From a virus (taxonomy: Duplodnaviria; Heunggongvirae; Uroviricota; Caudoviricetes), in the IMG/VR virus record IMGVR_UViG_3300032291_003166: a stretch of 50,722 bases of DNA; one strand, 5' to 3'. The notes beneath the pieces were generated by a model. The model saw only the letters and a program-made list of their open reading frames with translations. It ran no database searches and was not told the origin of the DNA. Numbering within the stretch: the stretch's first letter is position 1; every line of letters begins with the position of its first letter. Shown in pieces: positions 36,700 to 45,197 of the stretch. A program made the position numbers and the translations under genes.

Positions 36700-36723
36700 A
36701 ATATAACTAATTTACCGCGGTCA
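36700..36723 (-). promoter_or_regulatory. Putative early/middle promoter TGACC-N12-TTATATT
   Basis: TGACC gcggtaaattag TTATATT. Confidence 0.65.
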
Positions 36724-36725
36724 TC

Positions 36726-37505
36726 CTAAAGTTTTACAGATGTTGGTAATTTTTCAGTGAATGGTTTAGAGTCTGGATTTTCCATTTTGTATATATCATA
36801 TACTTTTAAGAACATATCAAATTTTTCATCAATATTATCTATGGTTTTTAATTCCCATCCTCTACCTTTAATAGCACCTTTTTTACCTTCACTACGTGAA
36901 CTTGATTTTAACCATAAAATACCACATCCTTCAATAGGTTCATTATGTGTTTCACTCCATGCTTTAGCATAAGCAGCTAATTGTAAGTAATGTGATGAAT
37001 GCACTGAATTAGATGTTTTAATATCTAATAACCATAATTTACCATCAATTTTTACAATAATATCTGCTGTACCTGCGAATTGATGATCATCAGAAAACAA
37101 ATGATATTCAGTAGCTACTAATTCTGGTTTGACTTGATTCCAAAAATCAGCGAATCGTAAAATCATTTTCCATACATCTAATGAGTATGTGACGGTTCCA
37201 TCATCTTTTAACCATATAACTTCATTGCCTAACATTAGCTTTTCAGCAGCGTCATGTACTAATGTACCTTCTCTAGCGGCTTTTTGAGCAATAATGTCAG
37301 AATTGTGTCCTACATCTTTTAACCATGAGTGGAAAAATGAATTTTTAGGAAAGAAATTTAATATACTAGATACAGATGGATAGAATTTACTATCTCTCTT
37401 ATAAAATCTTTGATCTAATACATTTACTTGTTTGTTGTCGGCACTATATTCGATAATCCTTTTGATTTTTGGATCATGAATAATGTTTGCGTGTTTCTCA
37501 ATCAT
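36726..37505 (-). CDS. PD-(D/E)XK exonuclease (Cas4/RecB-like)
   Basis: YPSVSSIL, GTLVH, FAGTADII, LLDIKTS and QLAAYA. Confidence 0.88.
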   Translation of the reverse strand: MIEKHANIIHDPKIKRIIEYSADNKQVNVLDQRFYKRDSKFYPSVSSILNFFPKNSFFHSWLKDVGHNSDIIAQKAAREGTLVHDAAEKLMLGNEVIWLKDDGTVTYSLDVWKMILRFADFWNQVKPELVATEYHLFSDDHQFAGTADIIVKIDGKLWLLDIKTSNSVHSSHYLQLAAYAKAWSETHNEPIEGCGILWLKSSSRSEGKKGAIKGRGWELKTIDNIDEKFDMFLKVYDIYKMENPDSKPFTEKLPTSVKL

Positions 37506-38437
37506 GCTAATTCTAGTTTTTTATAAATTAGTTCGCCTAAACTTAATTGATTAGCATCATGAACTAATTTTGTGAAATTTTCAAAGCCCATATCTGATGG
37601 ATCTTTGTCTTGTAAATCAATTAGGTACACATCTTTACCTAAATTGAGTAATTGTTCAGCATATTTTAACGCATCTTTTAAAGCATCTTTATCTAAAGCG
37701 ACATATACTGTTTTAACTTCTGATGTTACTAATTTCATCATCAATGCTTTTGGTATGGTCTTCCCTAATAAAGGAATTGCATTACGTTTTATAGCAATAG
37801 CATCAAATATACCTTCACATAATATAACTGGAGTGTTCCAATTTATAAAATATTCAAGACCTATAATTTCGTTCTTGTTACATTTTGGAGCATCGTATTT
37901 TTTAGTTGAATTTGGATCTACAGATCTAGCTATAAAGTAATTAATTTTACCATCCTTATCATAAGATGGAACTATAACTCGGCCGCTATATCTGCCTTCT
38001 TCACAATAGCCTATATTGTATTTAAGTATATCCGACTTGGTAATGTCTCGTTTTTTTAAATACTTTAAAACGTGTTTAGCTGTAATATCAGTGCGTGACA
38101 GGTTAGTAAGTGGTTTATATTCTTTAGGTAATTCAACAGCATCAATTATTTTTTCCTCTGTATCTCTGGCTGTAAAGCCTAACATGGATTTTAATTCAGA
38201 TATTTTATCATTACTTGCTTTTAATTTTTTAAATAAACCAACTAATGTTTTACCTTTAGCATTGCAAACCCAACAGTGCCAGAAATTTTCACCTTTTTTA
38301 TTAGGTACTAGATTAACTTCTAATTTTGGTTTTGCATGATTGCAAAAAGGACAATGAAAAGCATAATTATTATTACTCGTTTCTTTTCCTTTTCCAAGTA
38401 CAAAACTGACCGTGCTTAATAAGGCATTATTAATCAT
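37502..38437 (-). CDS. DNA primase (Zn finger + Toprim)
   Basis: CPFCNH...WHCWVC zinc finger; ILCEGIFDAI and ALDKDA Toprim motifs. Confidence 0.92.
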   Translation of the reverse strand: MINNALLSTVSFVLGKGKETSNNNYAFHCPFCNHAKPKLEVNLVPNKKGENFWHCWVCNAKGKTLVGLFKKLKASNDKISELKSMLGFTARDTEEKIIDAVELPKEYKPLTNLSRTDITAKHVLKYLKKRDITKSDILKYNIGYCEEGRYSGRVIVPSYDKDGKINYFIARSVDPNSTKKYDAPKCNKNEIIGLEYFINWNTPVILCEGIFDAIAIKRNAIPLLGKTIPKALMMKLVTSEVKTVYVALDKDALKDALKYAEQLLNLGKDVYLIDLQDKDPSDMGFENFTKLVHDANQLSLGELIYKKLELA

Positions 38438-38454
38438 GGTCGAAATATAATAAA

Positions 38455-38913
38455 CTAATCTAACGTATCAAAGTCTTTTCGGAAAAACTTACCTAAAATA
38501 TTATCGTTATACGATGGGATATGAAGTACATTTTCACACATTTGATAATACATTTCGAAATATGTAAGTTGTTTTTTGGTTTTACAAAGTTGAAGTATTA
38601 ATCTTTCAAATTTATCTTCACCTAATATTTTAACATCTGATTGTAATTCTTTAGATGAACTCCAATATTTTTTCCATCCACTGTCTACTTGTTCTACTTT
38701 AGTAGTAACAGCACGTCCTCGAGTTATAGGCATGGACGCCATTTCTTTCTTACCTAATTTTTTCTTTTTGTTGTAAATAAATGATTTTTTACCTACATAA
38801 AATCTACCTGTTTCTAGGTTAGTGATTTTATAAATAAAACCAAAAAAGTCTGTTGTGAAGTTTTCATCGAGTTGGAGCTTTGCTCCATCGATTTCATATA
38901 ACCAATTGCTCAT
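38455..38913 (-). CDS. GIY-YIG-family nuclease
   Basis: GFIYKITNLETGRFYVGKK, WKKYWSSS, FERLIL and YNDNI. Confidence 0.75.
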   Translation of the reverse strand: MSNWLYEIDGAKLQLDENFTTDFFGFIYKITNLETGRFYVGKKSFIYNKKKKLGKKEMASMPITRGRAVTTKVEQVDSGWKKYWSSSKELQSDVKILGEDKFERLILQLCKTKKQLTYFEMYYQMCENVLHIPSYNDNILGKFFRKDFDTLD

Positions 38914-38925
38914 AATTTATTTATT

Positions 38926-39927
38926 TTAATAGTAACAAATATTTCTATTACTAATGTATTTTCTGCCTGTGACAGCATCATATCCTATATATAATGTCAT
39001 ACCAGTTCCGTTGGCACCACTGCTAATTGTAACACCATATGTTCCTTGATTTGTATTATCAGTTACTGTGAATGTTGTAGGAGTTGATGACACACTATAT
39101 GGAGAAACTGTAACTCCGGATTCTACTGAAGTATATAATGGAAGTTCTAAATATGGAGGTGTTAAACCATCTTTAATTTTTGCTTTACCATTTTGAATTA
39201 TAAACCAATCTGACTCAAGAGGAACATAAGCTATATTTGAATAAATTTCATCATTTGAATAACCACAAGTTGCTCCGGGTGATGTTAATAATATAGCTAC
39301 TAAAGTTGGGTTACAATAATTTCCAGTAGATGTCACTGTACCTGTACCTGATGTTTTAACTGGTAATTCAGTAGCGCATATTATAGATGAAGTAGTTCCA
39401 CTTAATGTTGCAGTTGATGATCCAGTAGAAGAGCAACTAGCATAATAAGTAAATTCAGCTCCTCCTGTTGATGATAAATTATATTCTTTTAATTGACAGA
39501 ATGATAATGCAGAAGGAGATGTGCTAGGTGTTGGGGTAATACTTGGAGTAATACTTGGTGTTACAGTAATACTAGGTGTTATACTTGGAGTAACACTAGG
39601 TGTTGAACTTATTGATGCAGCAGGAGGAGTATTACTAGGTGTCACAGATGGAGTTATAGTAACACTTGGAGTTATACTTGGTGTAACACTTGGTGATGGT
39701 CCTATAATATTTAAATTTAAATAAGTCTGGCAAATACTATTATATGATTTTACTTGGATAGTAGTTGTCAAATCTGGTACTACAGTAGAAATATATCCTG
39801 CTCGTAGTGTGTCTAGAGAAAGATTTCCTTCAAATGGATTATAAAAATTATCCACATTCGAAAACAAGTTAAATGGACCTGTTCCGTCTTCAGCATTTGT
39901 TAATGTTATTCTTACTATCTGTGACAT
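38926..39927 (-). CDS. Modular virion-decoration/adhesin-like protein: GPF domain, TPS linker, Cys-rich domain
   Basis: N-terminal GTGPFNLFS...GY...TTTIQVKS...C domain, about 60 aa of TPS repeats, then a Cys-rich C-terminus. Confidence 0.7.
   Translation of the reverse strand: MSQIVRITLTNAEDGTGPFNLFSNVDNFYNPFEGNLSLDTLRAGYISTVVPDLTTTIQVKSYNSICQTYLNLNIIGPSPSVTPSITPSVTITPSVTPSNTPPAASISSTPSVTPSITPSITVTPSITPSITPTPSTSPSALSFCQLKEYNLSSTGGAEFTYYASCSSTGSSTATLSGTTSSIICATELPVKTSGTGTVTSTGNYCNPTLVAILLTSPGATCGYSNDEIYSNIAYVPLESDWFIIQNGKAKIKDGLTPPYLELPLYTSVESGVTVSPYSVSSTPTTFTVTDNTNQGTYGVTISSGANGTGMTLYIGYDAVTGRKYISNRNICYY
39515..39700. repeat. TPS coding repeat
   Basis: Degenerate 12-nt units encoding TPSI/TPSV. 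Confidence 0.8.
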
Positions 39928-39940
39928 AAATTTTTAATCA

Positions 39941-40873
39941 TTATTCTTCAAAAATTCCAAAAGCACAAGCTTCTTGAACTGTATTTAAACCAAATGTGTA
40001 TATAATAGGAACTGGGTATCCTGGATTTGATATTCCTGCAAATTTACTATAAGCATATCCGTCAAGTCCTTTATAGAATTTAGTATTATTTAAAGTAGAT
40101 CCTTTAGGAGCACACATTATTGCTGTTGTATTTAATAAATTAAATGTAGTACAGTCATATTGGTATGCTTCATAAAAATCATACTGTGATGTGATTTGCC
40201 TTGATGGTGATGGTGTTGGTGTTACTGAAGGAGGAATAACAGATGGCGTCACTGAAGGTGTTACACTTGGAGATGGTGCTGCAGGACTAACACTTGGAGT
40301 CACTGATGGTGTTGCTGGGATACTTGGACTTACTGATATACTAGGAGTAACACTAGGAGTGGTTGTTACACTAGGAGTTACTGAAGGTGATACTGGTATG
40401 CCGGTTAATAATTCTGCTGTACCTTCTATAATACAAATTGGTGATGGAGAAGGAGTAGGTGATGGTACAAAATATGGTCTATCAACCCATGTAGTATCAA
40501 ATTTAATTAAAAATGTCATGTCTGTATTAGCCGCTAAAGGCATAGGAGCAGACATTTTAGCGATTCCTAATAATTCTTGAGCATCATTATATAAACCTAC
40601 TGTTGTTGCATAAGGTGAAAATTCAGATCCAGTATAAAAATCTTTTAATATACCATAGTTTTCATTTGATCCTGTATTAATATAAAATACATCACCATTT
40701 ATTGAACTACTATATGGAGTTAAAACACCTTGACTACCTGAAAGTAATGTAGGATTATATGTTAGATTATATTCATAATCCTTAATAGTACATTTTACAA
40801 AATTCTCATAAACAATATGACTATTTTGAAATTTTATACTTTTTATAGTTGTATCTACTGTTCTACGTCTCAT
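39941..40873 (-). CDS. Baseplate-type C-terminal domain fused to a TPS linker and variable domain
   Basis: Start MRRRTV at 40873; KCTIKDYEYNLTYNPT...YATTVGLYNDAQELLGIAKM is homologous to the C-terminus of 45198..46262. Confidence 0.7.
   Translation of the reverse strand: MRRRTVDTTIKSIKFQNSHIVYENFVKCTIKDYEYNLTYNPTLLSGSQGVLTPYSSSINGDVFYINTGSNENYGILKDFYTGSEFSPYATTVGLYNDAQELLGIAKMSAPMPLAANTDMTFLIKFDTTWVDRPYFVPSPTPSPSPICIIEGTAELLTGIPVSPSVTPSVTTTPSVTPSISVSPSIPATPSVTPSVSPAAPSPSVTPSVTPSVIPPSVTPTPSPSRQITSQYDFYEAYQYDCTTFNLLNTTAIMCAPKGSTLNNTKFYKGLDGYAYSKFAGISNPGYPVPIIYTFGLNTVQEACAFGIFEE
40203..40395. repeat. TPS coding repeat
   Basis: Degenerate 12-nt units encoding TPSV. Confidence 0.8.
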
Positions 40874-40875
40874 AA

Positions 40876-41616
40876 TTAACAAGTCCCCACATTATTAGTC
40901 ACAGTATTATCTACATAACTTATACAAACACTATTAACTCCAGCTGAACATCCAACATATGTACCTCCTCCAGTTGAACATGGATTTAAGTTATAATTAT
41001 CTTGTTGAGCTCCTACTGGGATTGTACCAAACACATTTAATGTAGTAGTATATGTAGGTTGAGCATCTCTAAAAGATGTAACTTCATCTGTCTCAAATGT
41101 ACCAGCATAAAGATTAAGATATTGTGTTAATGTTACTCTTAAAACATAATTAACAGCTACAGTAGCTGGTTGGTTTAAGTAAATACTATAAGCTAAGTAA
41201 TCAGTACAATTTAAACTAACACAAGCTAAAACATTAGCGCTTACTTCAAGAACAATAGGTTTAGAACCTCGTGATGGAGTAGGTGTTGGTGTTATAGTTA
41301 CACTAGGTGTTATTGTAATACTAGGTGTTATTGAAGGTGTTATAGATGGAGTAGCACTTATTGAAGGTGGTGGTGGTGAAGTGCTTGGTGTTACAGTGAC
41401 ACTTGGAGTAATACTAGGAGTAATACTAGGTGTTACTGAAGGTGTTGGAGATGGTGTAGGTGAAAATGAAGGTAATGGACAAAATCCTAAATCTATAAAT
41501 GGAGCTATATAATCTGGATCATTAATATTATTAGGTTTAGTAACACCGGTAGCCTCATAATTATCTACATAATATTGTTCTAAGTTTGTATACGCTTTAT
41601 ATCCAGTGTTTGCCAT
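40876..41616 (-). CDS. Modular protein: TKPN...DPDYIAP...CP domain, TPS linker, beta-rich domain
   Basis: N-terminal ~48-aa module, about 65 aa of TPS repeats and a Cys-containing C-terminus. Confidence 0.7.
   Translation of the reverse strand: MANTGYKAYTNLEQYYVDNYEATGVTKPNNINDPDYIAPFIDLGFCPLPSFSPTPSPTPSVTPSITPSITPSVTVTPSTSPPPPSISATPSITPSITPSITITPSVTITPTPTPSRGSKPIVLEVSANVLACVSLNCTDYLAYSIYLNQPATVAVNYVLRVTLTQYLNLYAGTFETDEVTSFRDAQPTYTTTLNVFGTIPVGAQQDNYNLNPCSTGGGTYVGCSAGVNSVCISYVDNTVTNNVGTC
41272..41465. repeat. TPS coding repeat
   Basis: Degenerate 12-nt units encoding TPSI/TPSV. Confidence 0.8.
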
Positions 41617-41623
41617 TATATTA

Positions 41624-41631
41624 TATAAATA
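41624..41631 (-). promoter_or_regulatory. Putative late promoter box ATATTTATA
   Basis: 7 nt upstream of the ATG at 41616. Confidence 0.55.
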
Positions 41632-41658
41632 TAAATTAGTGCCTTTGCTTAGGCAAGT

Positions 41659-42222
41659 TTATTTTAATATTTTTATTTTAGTAGGATTATTTACAAAATT
41701 AAGTGGAAGGTATAAGAATCCTCCTTCATTTACAAAAGGTAAATATTTTTCTATTATAGAATCAGTTACACTTTCTGGTATTGAATTATACCATATATCC
41801 ATAACTATAATATCATATGTTTTTGTCAATTCAAATGTAAATATATCTCCATTAATTATGTTAACATTTTCACCTAAATGATTTAGTTGGGAAGTTATAT
41901 CAATTATATTTTGATCGTTTTCAACAACATCTACTTGAGCGAAATTCTGGCAAACATATGGTATATTTCCTGATCCTAAACCACCTACTAATATTGAAGT
42001 AAATTCAATATCTAATAATTCAGAACAAAATCCTGTTATATAATCTGGTGAATCAACTGCTAATAATTTATTATCAGAATTACGTAATTCTATATAGTTT
42101 ATTCCATATCTATTTTTAATAGAATAATTATTTAGAGTTATTTCTTCTGGTAAAGTAATTCCAAATATTCCTTGAATATTATTTGTTATTTGTTTATCTA
42201 AAAGTATTTGTTTATTTATCAT
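41659..42222 (-). CDS. Class I SAM-dependent methyltransferase/spermidine-synthase-like protein
   Basis: ILVGGLGSG motif I, VDVVEND, IINGDIF and YDIIVMDIW. Confidence 0.8.
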   Translation of the reverse strand: MINKQILLDKQITNNIQGIFGITLPEEITLNNYSIKNRYGINYIELRNSDNKLLAVDSPDYITGFCSELLDIEFTSILVGGLGSGNIPYVCQNFAQVDVVENDQNIIDITSQLNHLGENVNIINGDIFTFELTKTYDIIVMDIWYNSIPESVTDSIIEKYLPFVNEGGFLYLPLNFVNNPTKIKILK

Positions 42223-42237
42223 ATTTTTAATTTCTTA

Positions 42238-42828
42238 TTAATATTCAGCACATATTATAGGTGATATACTAGATTGACCTCCAGATATATTATATCCACC
42301 AGCAGATGTACTGAAAGATACTGTTGCTGTAGCGTTAGTTTGGCTATTAGAATCTAATAAAGTATAAGCACTATTATACACACAAACAGTAGTATATGAA
42401 GTAACTTTAACATTTGGATCTGAATTAACTACAATAGAATCTCCAGGACTGTATGTAAAGTTTCCAGAAGCTCCATTTGAGTTTGTATTAACTACTGTAG
42501 ATCCATTTTTAGTAATTGTAAAATTAGCTCCTGTTGTAGTACCCGTATTACCATAATTCCAATATATAATATTTGCTACTGGAGATGGACTAGGTGTTGG
42601 TGAAGGTGATGGATATATAACAGATATGTTTGTTGTATTAGTACAAGTACCACTACTGATTAAACGAACAGTTGTAGTAGCGTCATTTGTTGTTACAGTA
42701 TATCCCGCTAGTATTTGAGATCTTGTAACACCTGTAGCTACTGGAGTTACATATGAATCAAAACTTTGATAAATAGCAAATGGGCCTGCGTTACCACCTA
42801 TACTTGTTGCTGATATTGTTACTTGCAT
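42238..42828 (-). CDS. Modular protein: GPF domain, short PS linker, Ig-like domain
   Basis: NAGPFAIY...GY...TTTVRLIS.GTC is paralogous to the 38926 and 42860 N-termini. Confidence 0.7.
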   Translation of the reverse strand: MQVTISATSIGGNAGPFAIYQSFDSYVTPVATGVTRSQILAGYTVTTNDATTTVRLISSGTCTNTTNISVIYPSPSPTPSPSPVANIIYWNYGNTGTTTGANFTITKNGSTVVNTNSNGASGNFTYSPGDSIVVNSDPNVKVTSYTTVCVYNSAYTLLDSNSQTNATATVSFSTSAGGYNISGGQSSISPIICAEY

Positions 42829-42851
42829 TGTTTATTTAATTTTATGTTTTC

Positions 42852-42859
42852 TATAAATA
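42852..42859 (-). promoter_or_regulatory. Putative late promoter box ATATTTATA
   Basis: About 23 nt upstream of the ATG at 42828. Confidence 0.6.
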
Positions 42860-43879
42860 TTATGTTATAATAGCACTACCTCCATTTACACTACAATCAA
42901 CTGGTGATGGAGTTGGAGTTGGAGTTAAAGTTATACTAGGTGTAATAGTAATACTTGGAGTAACACTAGGTGTTCTAGTAATACTTGGAGTTACACTTAC
43001 TGTAATACTTGGAGTAACACTTGGTGTAACACTAGGTGTTCTAGTAATACTTGGAGTTACACTTACTGTAATACTTGGAGTAACACTTGGTGTGACACTA
43101 GGTGTTCTAGTAATACTAGGTGTTATACTAGGTGTATGTGAAGGAGTAGGAGTTATACTTGGTGTTATACTAGGTGTAACACTAGGTGTAGGTGAAGGGG
43201 GTGGATTAGTACTTCCTGAAATCACATACACTGTATTTGCAGCCGCTAAGAATGATTTAGAGTTTTCAGTTGCTGGAATAGTAATAGCAGATGTATTATC
43301 GTATACTACAATATCATCTGTTATATTTTTAATATACAATCTATAATATCCTTGATCTCCACTACCTGCAGTTTGTTCAACTAAAATTACACTACCTTTA
43401 AACGCGGTAAATGAACCACTACTTGTAGTGAGTGCTGTTACAACATTACTTTCATCAACATTAATATATAAGTTACTATCAACAAATGGTGTCACTCCTT
43501 CTTCATTATACCAGTTAAATGTAGCTGGGACTGATGATGGAGTCGGAGTTGGAGTTAATGTTATACTAGGTGTTACTGTCGGAGTAATACTTGGGGTTAA
43601 TGTTATACTAGGTGTAATACTAGGAGTAGGTGAAGGTGAAGTACCTGGTAATGGAATATATAAATCTATATATCCAAAACATTGACATTCTGCTACATTT
43701 TGTACTCTGATAATTGTCGCGGCATCAGGTATTGTTGTTGAAACATAACCTGGGATAAATAAAGCTTTACTTAGATTTGTTTCAAATGGTGTAACAAAGC
43801 CATCAGCATCAGAGTATAAGTCAAATGGACCTGTACCTGCACCAGCTGTTGTTAAAAATATTTGATATGTTAAAGCCAT
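42860..43879 (-). CDS. Modular protein: GPF domain, TPS linker, Ig-like domain, long TPS tract
   Basis: GTGPFDLYS...GY...ATIIRVQN...C; two TPS tracts; ends [13 protein letters not shown]. Confidence 0.7.
   Translation of the reverse strand: MALTYQIFLTTAGAGTGPFDLYSDADGFVTPFETNLSKALFIPGYVSTTIPDAATIIRVQNVAECQCFGYIDLYIPLPGTSPSPTPSITPSITLTPSITPTVTPSITLTPTPTPSSVPATFNWYNEEGVTPFVDSNLYINVDESNVVTALTTSSGSFTAFKGSVILVEQTAGSGDQGYYRLYIKNITDDIVVYDNTSAITIPATENSKSFLAAANTVYVISGSTNPPPSPTPSVTPSITPSITPTPSHTPSITPSITRTPSVTPSVTPSITVSVTPSITRTPSVTPSVTPSITVSVTPSITRTPSVTPSITITPSITLTPTPTPSPVDCSVNGGSAIIT
42961..43117. repeat. Exact 66-bp tandem duplication plus a partial third copy within a TPS tract
   Basis: 42961-43026 and 43027-43092 are identical; the unit encodes 22 aa. 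Confidence 0.9.
43535..43645. repeat. TPS coding repeat (first tract of 42860..43879)
   Basis: Degenerate 12-nt units. Confidence 0.8.
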
Positions 43880-43891
43880 TATTTAATTATA

Positions 43892-45187
43892 TTATGATAT
43901 ATATTCACAAGTTGTACCATTAACTGTTATTACATAATTATATGTTATACCACCACAAGTTCTTGATGTAGTGAATGTACTACCTCCTCCTGGAGTTATC
44001 ACACATATTATAGCATCACCAGTAGACATTCCTGGTATATTTACACTTCCTCCAGCTGTTTGACCAGCATTAATTGTATATGATGTTTCCCATAAATTAG
44101 CATATGAATAATCATTTTTATACCCACTTACATTAAATAAAGTACTACATGGAGCTGAACTATTTAAAGTAATACTAACTGATTTAGATCCATAATTTAA
44201 TTCACCAGTTATTACTACTGGAGCTGATGGTGATGGAGTCACAGTAGGTGTTACTGAAGGTGTTCTAGTGATACTAGGTGTTATTGAAGGAGTTATACTA
44301 GGTGTTGTTGTTATACTAGGTGTCACTGTTACACTAGGTGTTATACTTGGTGGTATAGGTGATGAAGTAATACTAGGTGTTACAGTCACAGATGGTGTTA
44401 CTGTTACACTAGGTGTTACTGAAGGAGTAGGTGAAGGACCTACTGGAACTCCTACATATCCTGCTAAACTACAATCAATAGATGGTGTTGGAGTAGGAGT
44501 TGATGAAGGTGTTGGAGATGGTGAAGTAGCAATACAATAAGGATCTATACCTCTCCATCCTGTATCTCTTAAAGCATCTGGAATAACTGTTAATACAGCT
44601 ATGTTTTGTTCGTAAAATACATTACCTATATATGAACTTTGAGATACATAAGTTCCATTAGAGGCAAGCATTGTACTTCCACTATAAAATAAGTTATAAT
44701 CTCCATCATCATATGCTTTAAAAGTATTACCATCACCAAATTCTACTTCGAATGTTGTAGGTAATATTTTTTCACTGGTTAATGATTTAGGTATATTTAA
44801 AACATAAATTGTACCTAATGATTCAGTAGGAAAATGTTTTATTGTTCTTGAATTTCCTAATTCAACAAATCCTTTATGATAAGATGAAGTACTTAAAGTA
44901 CCATCATTATAATTAGATCCAGCACGTGAACCTGTATCAACGATTCGTGGTGCAAAGCTAGGATAATAAGCTAATCGAATTGAATCATATACTAAACGTT
45001 CATACTGCCCGTTAGTAATATATTCTGTAGTAGGATCAAAGATGGAACCACTCATGTTCACACCTATATTTATACTTATTTTTTTCTCAGCAAATGACGA
45101 CGATGGTATATCCCATGTTTTATTCGCAGTGTACGGTACTACAAATGTATCGGATACATTAAGTCTTTTATAAACGTTTGCTGACAT
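43892..45187 (-). CDS. Baseplate-type N-terminal domain fused to TPS linkers and an Ig-like domain
   Basis: IGNVFYEQNIAVLT resembles YGIIIPDEGLIILN of 45198..46262; TPS tracts follow. Confidence 0.65.
   Translation of the reverse strand: MSANVYKRLNVSDTFVVPYTANKTWDIPSSSFAEKKISINIGVNMSGSIFDPTTEYITNGQYERLVYDSIRLAYYPSFAPRIVDTGSRAGSNYNDGTLSTSSYHKGFVELGNSRTIKHFPTESLGTIYVLNIPKSLTSEKILPTTFEVEFGDGNTFKAYDDGDYNLFYSGSTMLASNGTYVSQSSYIGNVFYEQNIAVLTVIPDALRDTGWRGIDPYCIATSPSPTPSSTPTPTPSIDCSLAGYVGVPVGPSPTPSVTPSVTVTPSVTVTPSITSSPIPPSITPSVTVTPSITTTPSITPSITPSITRTPSVTPTVTPSPSAPVVITGELNYGSKSVSITLNSSAPCSTLFNVSGYKNDYSYANLWETSYTINAGQTAGGSVNIPGMSTGDAIICVITPGGGSTFTTSRTCGGITYNYVITVNGTTCEYIS
44222..44525. repeat. TPS coding repeats in 43892..45187
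   Basis: Two tracts separated by IDCSLAGYVGVPVG. Confidence 0.8.
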
Positions 45188-45197
45188 GGGCGTAACA

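Noticed and set aside
36726-37505. Cas4-like nuclease as part of a CRISPR system
   Set aside because: It is a stand-alone phage exonuclease coupled to primase, with no array or other cas genes.
38926-45187. TPS DNA repeats as a CRISPR array
   Set aside because: The repeats are degenerate 12-nt in-frame coding units with no unique spacers and no cas genes.
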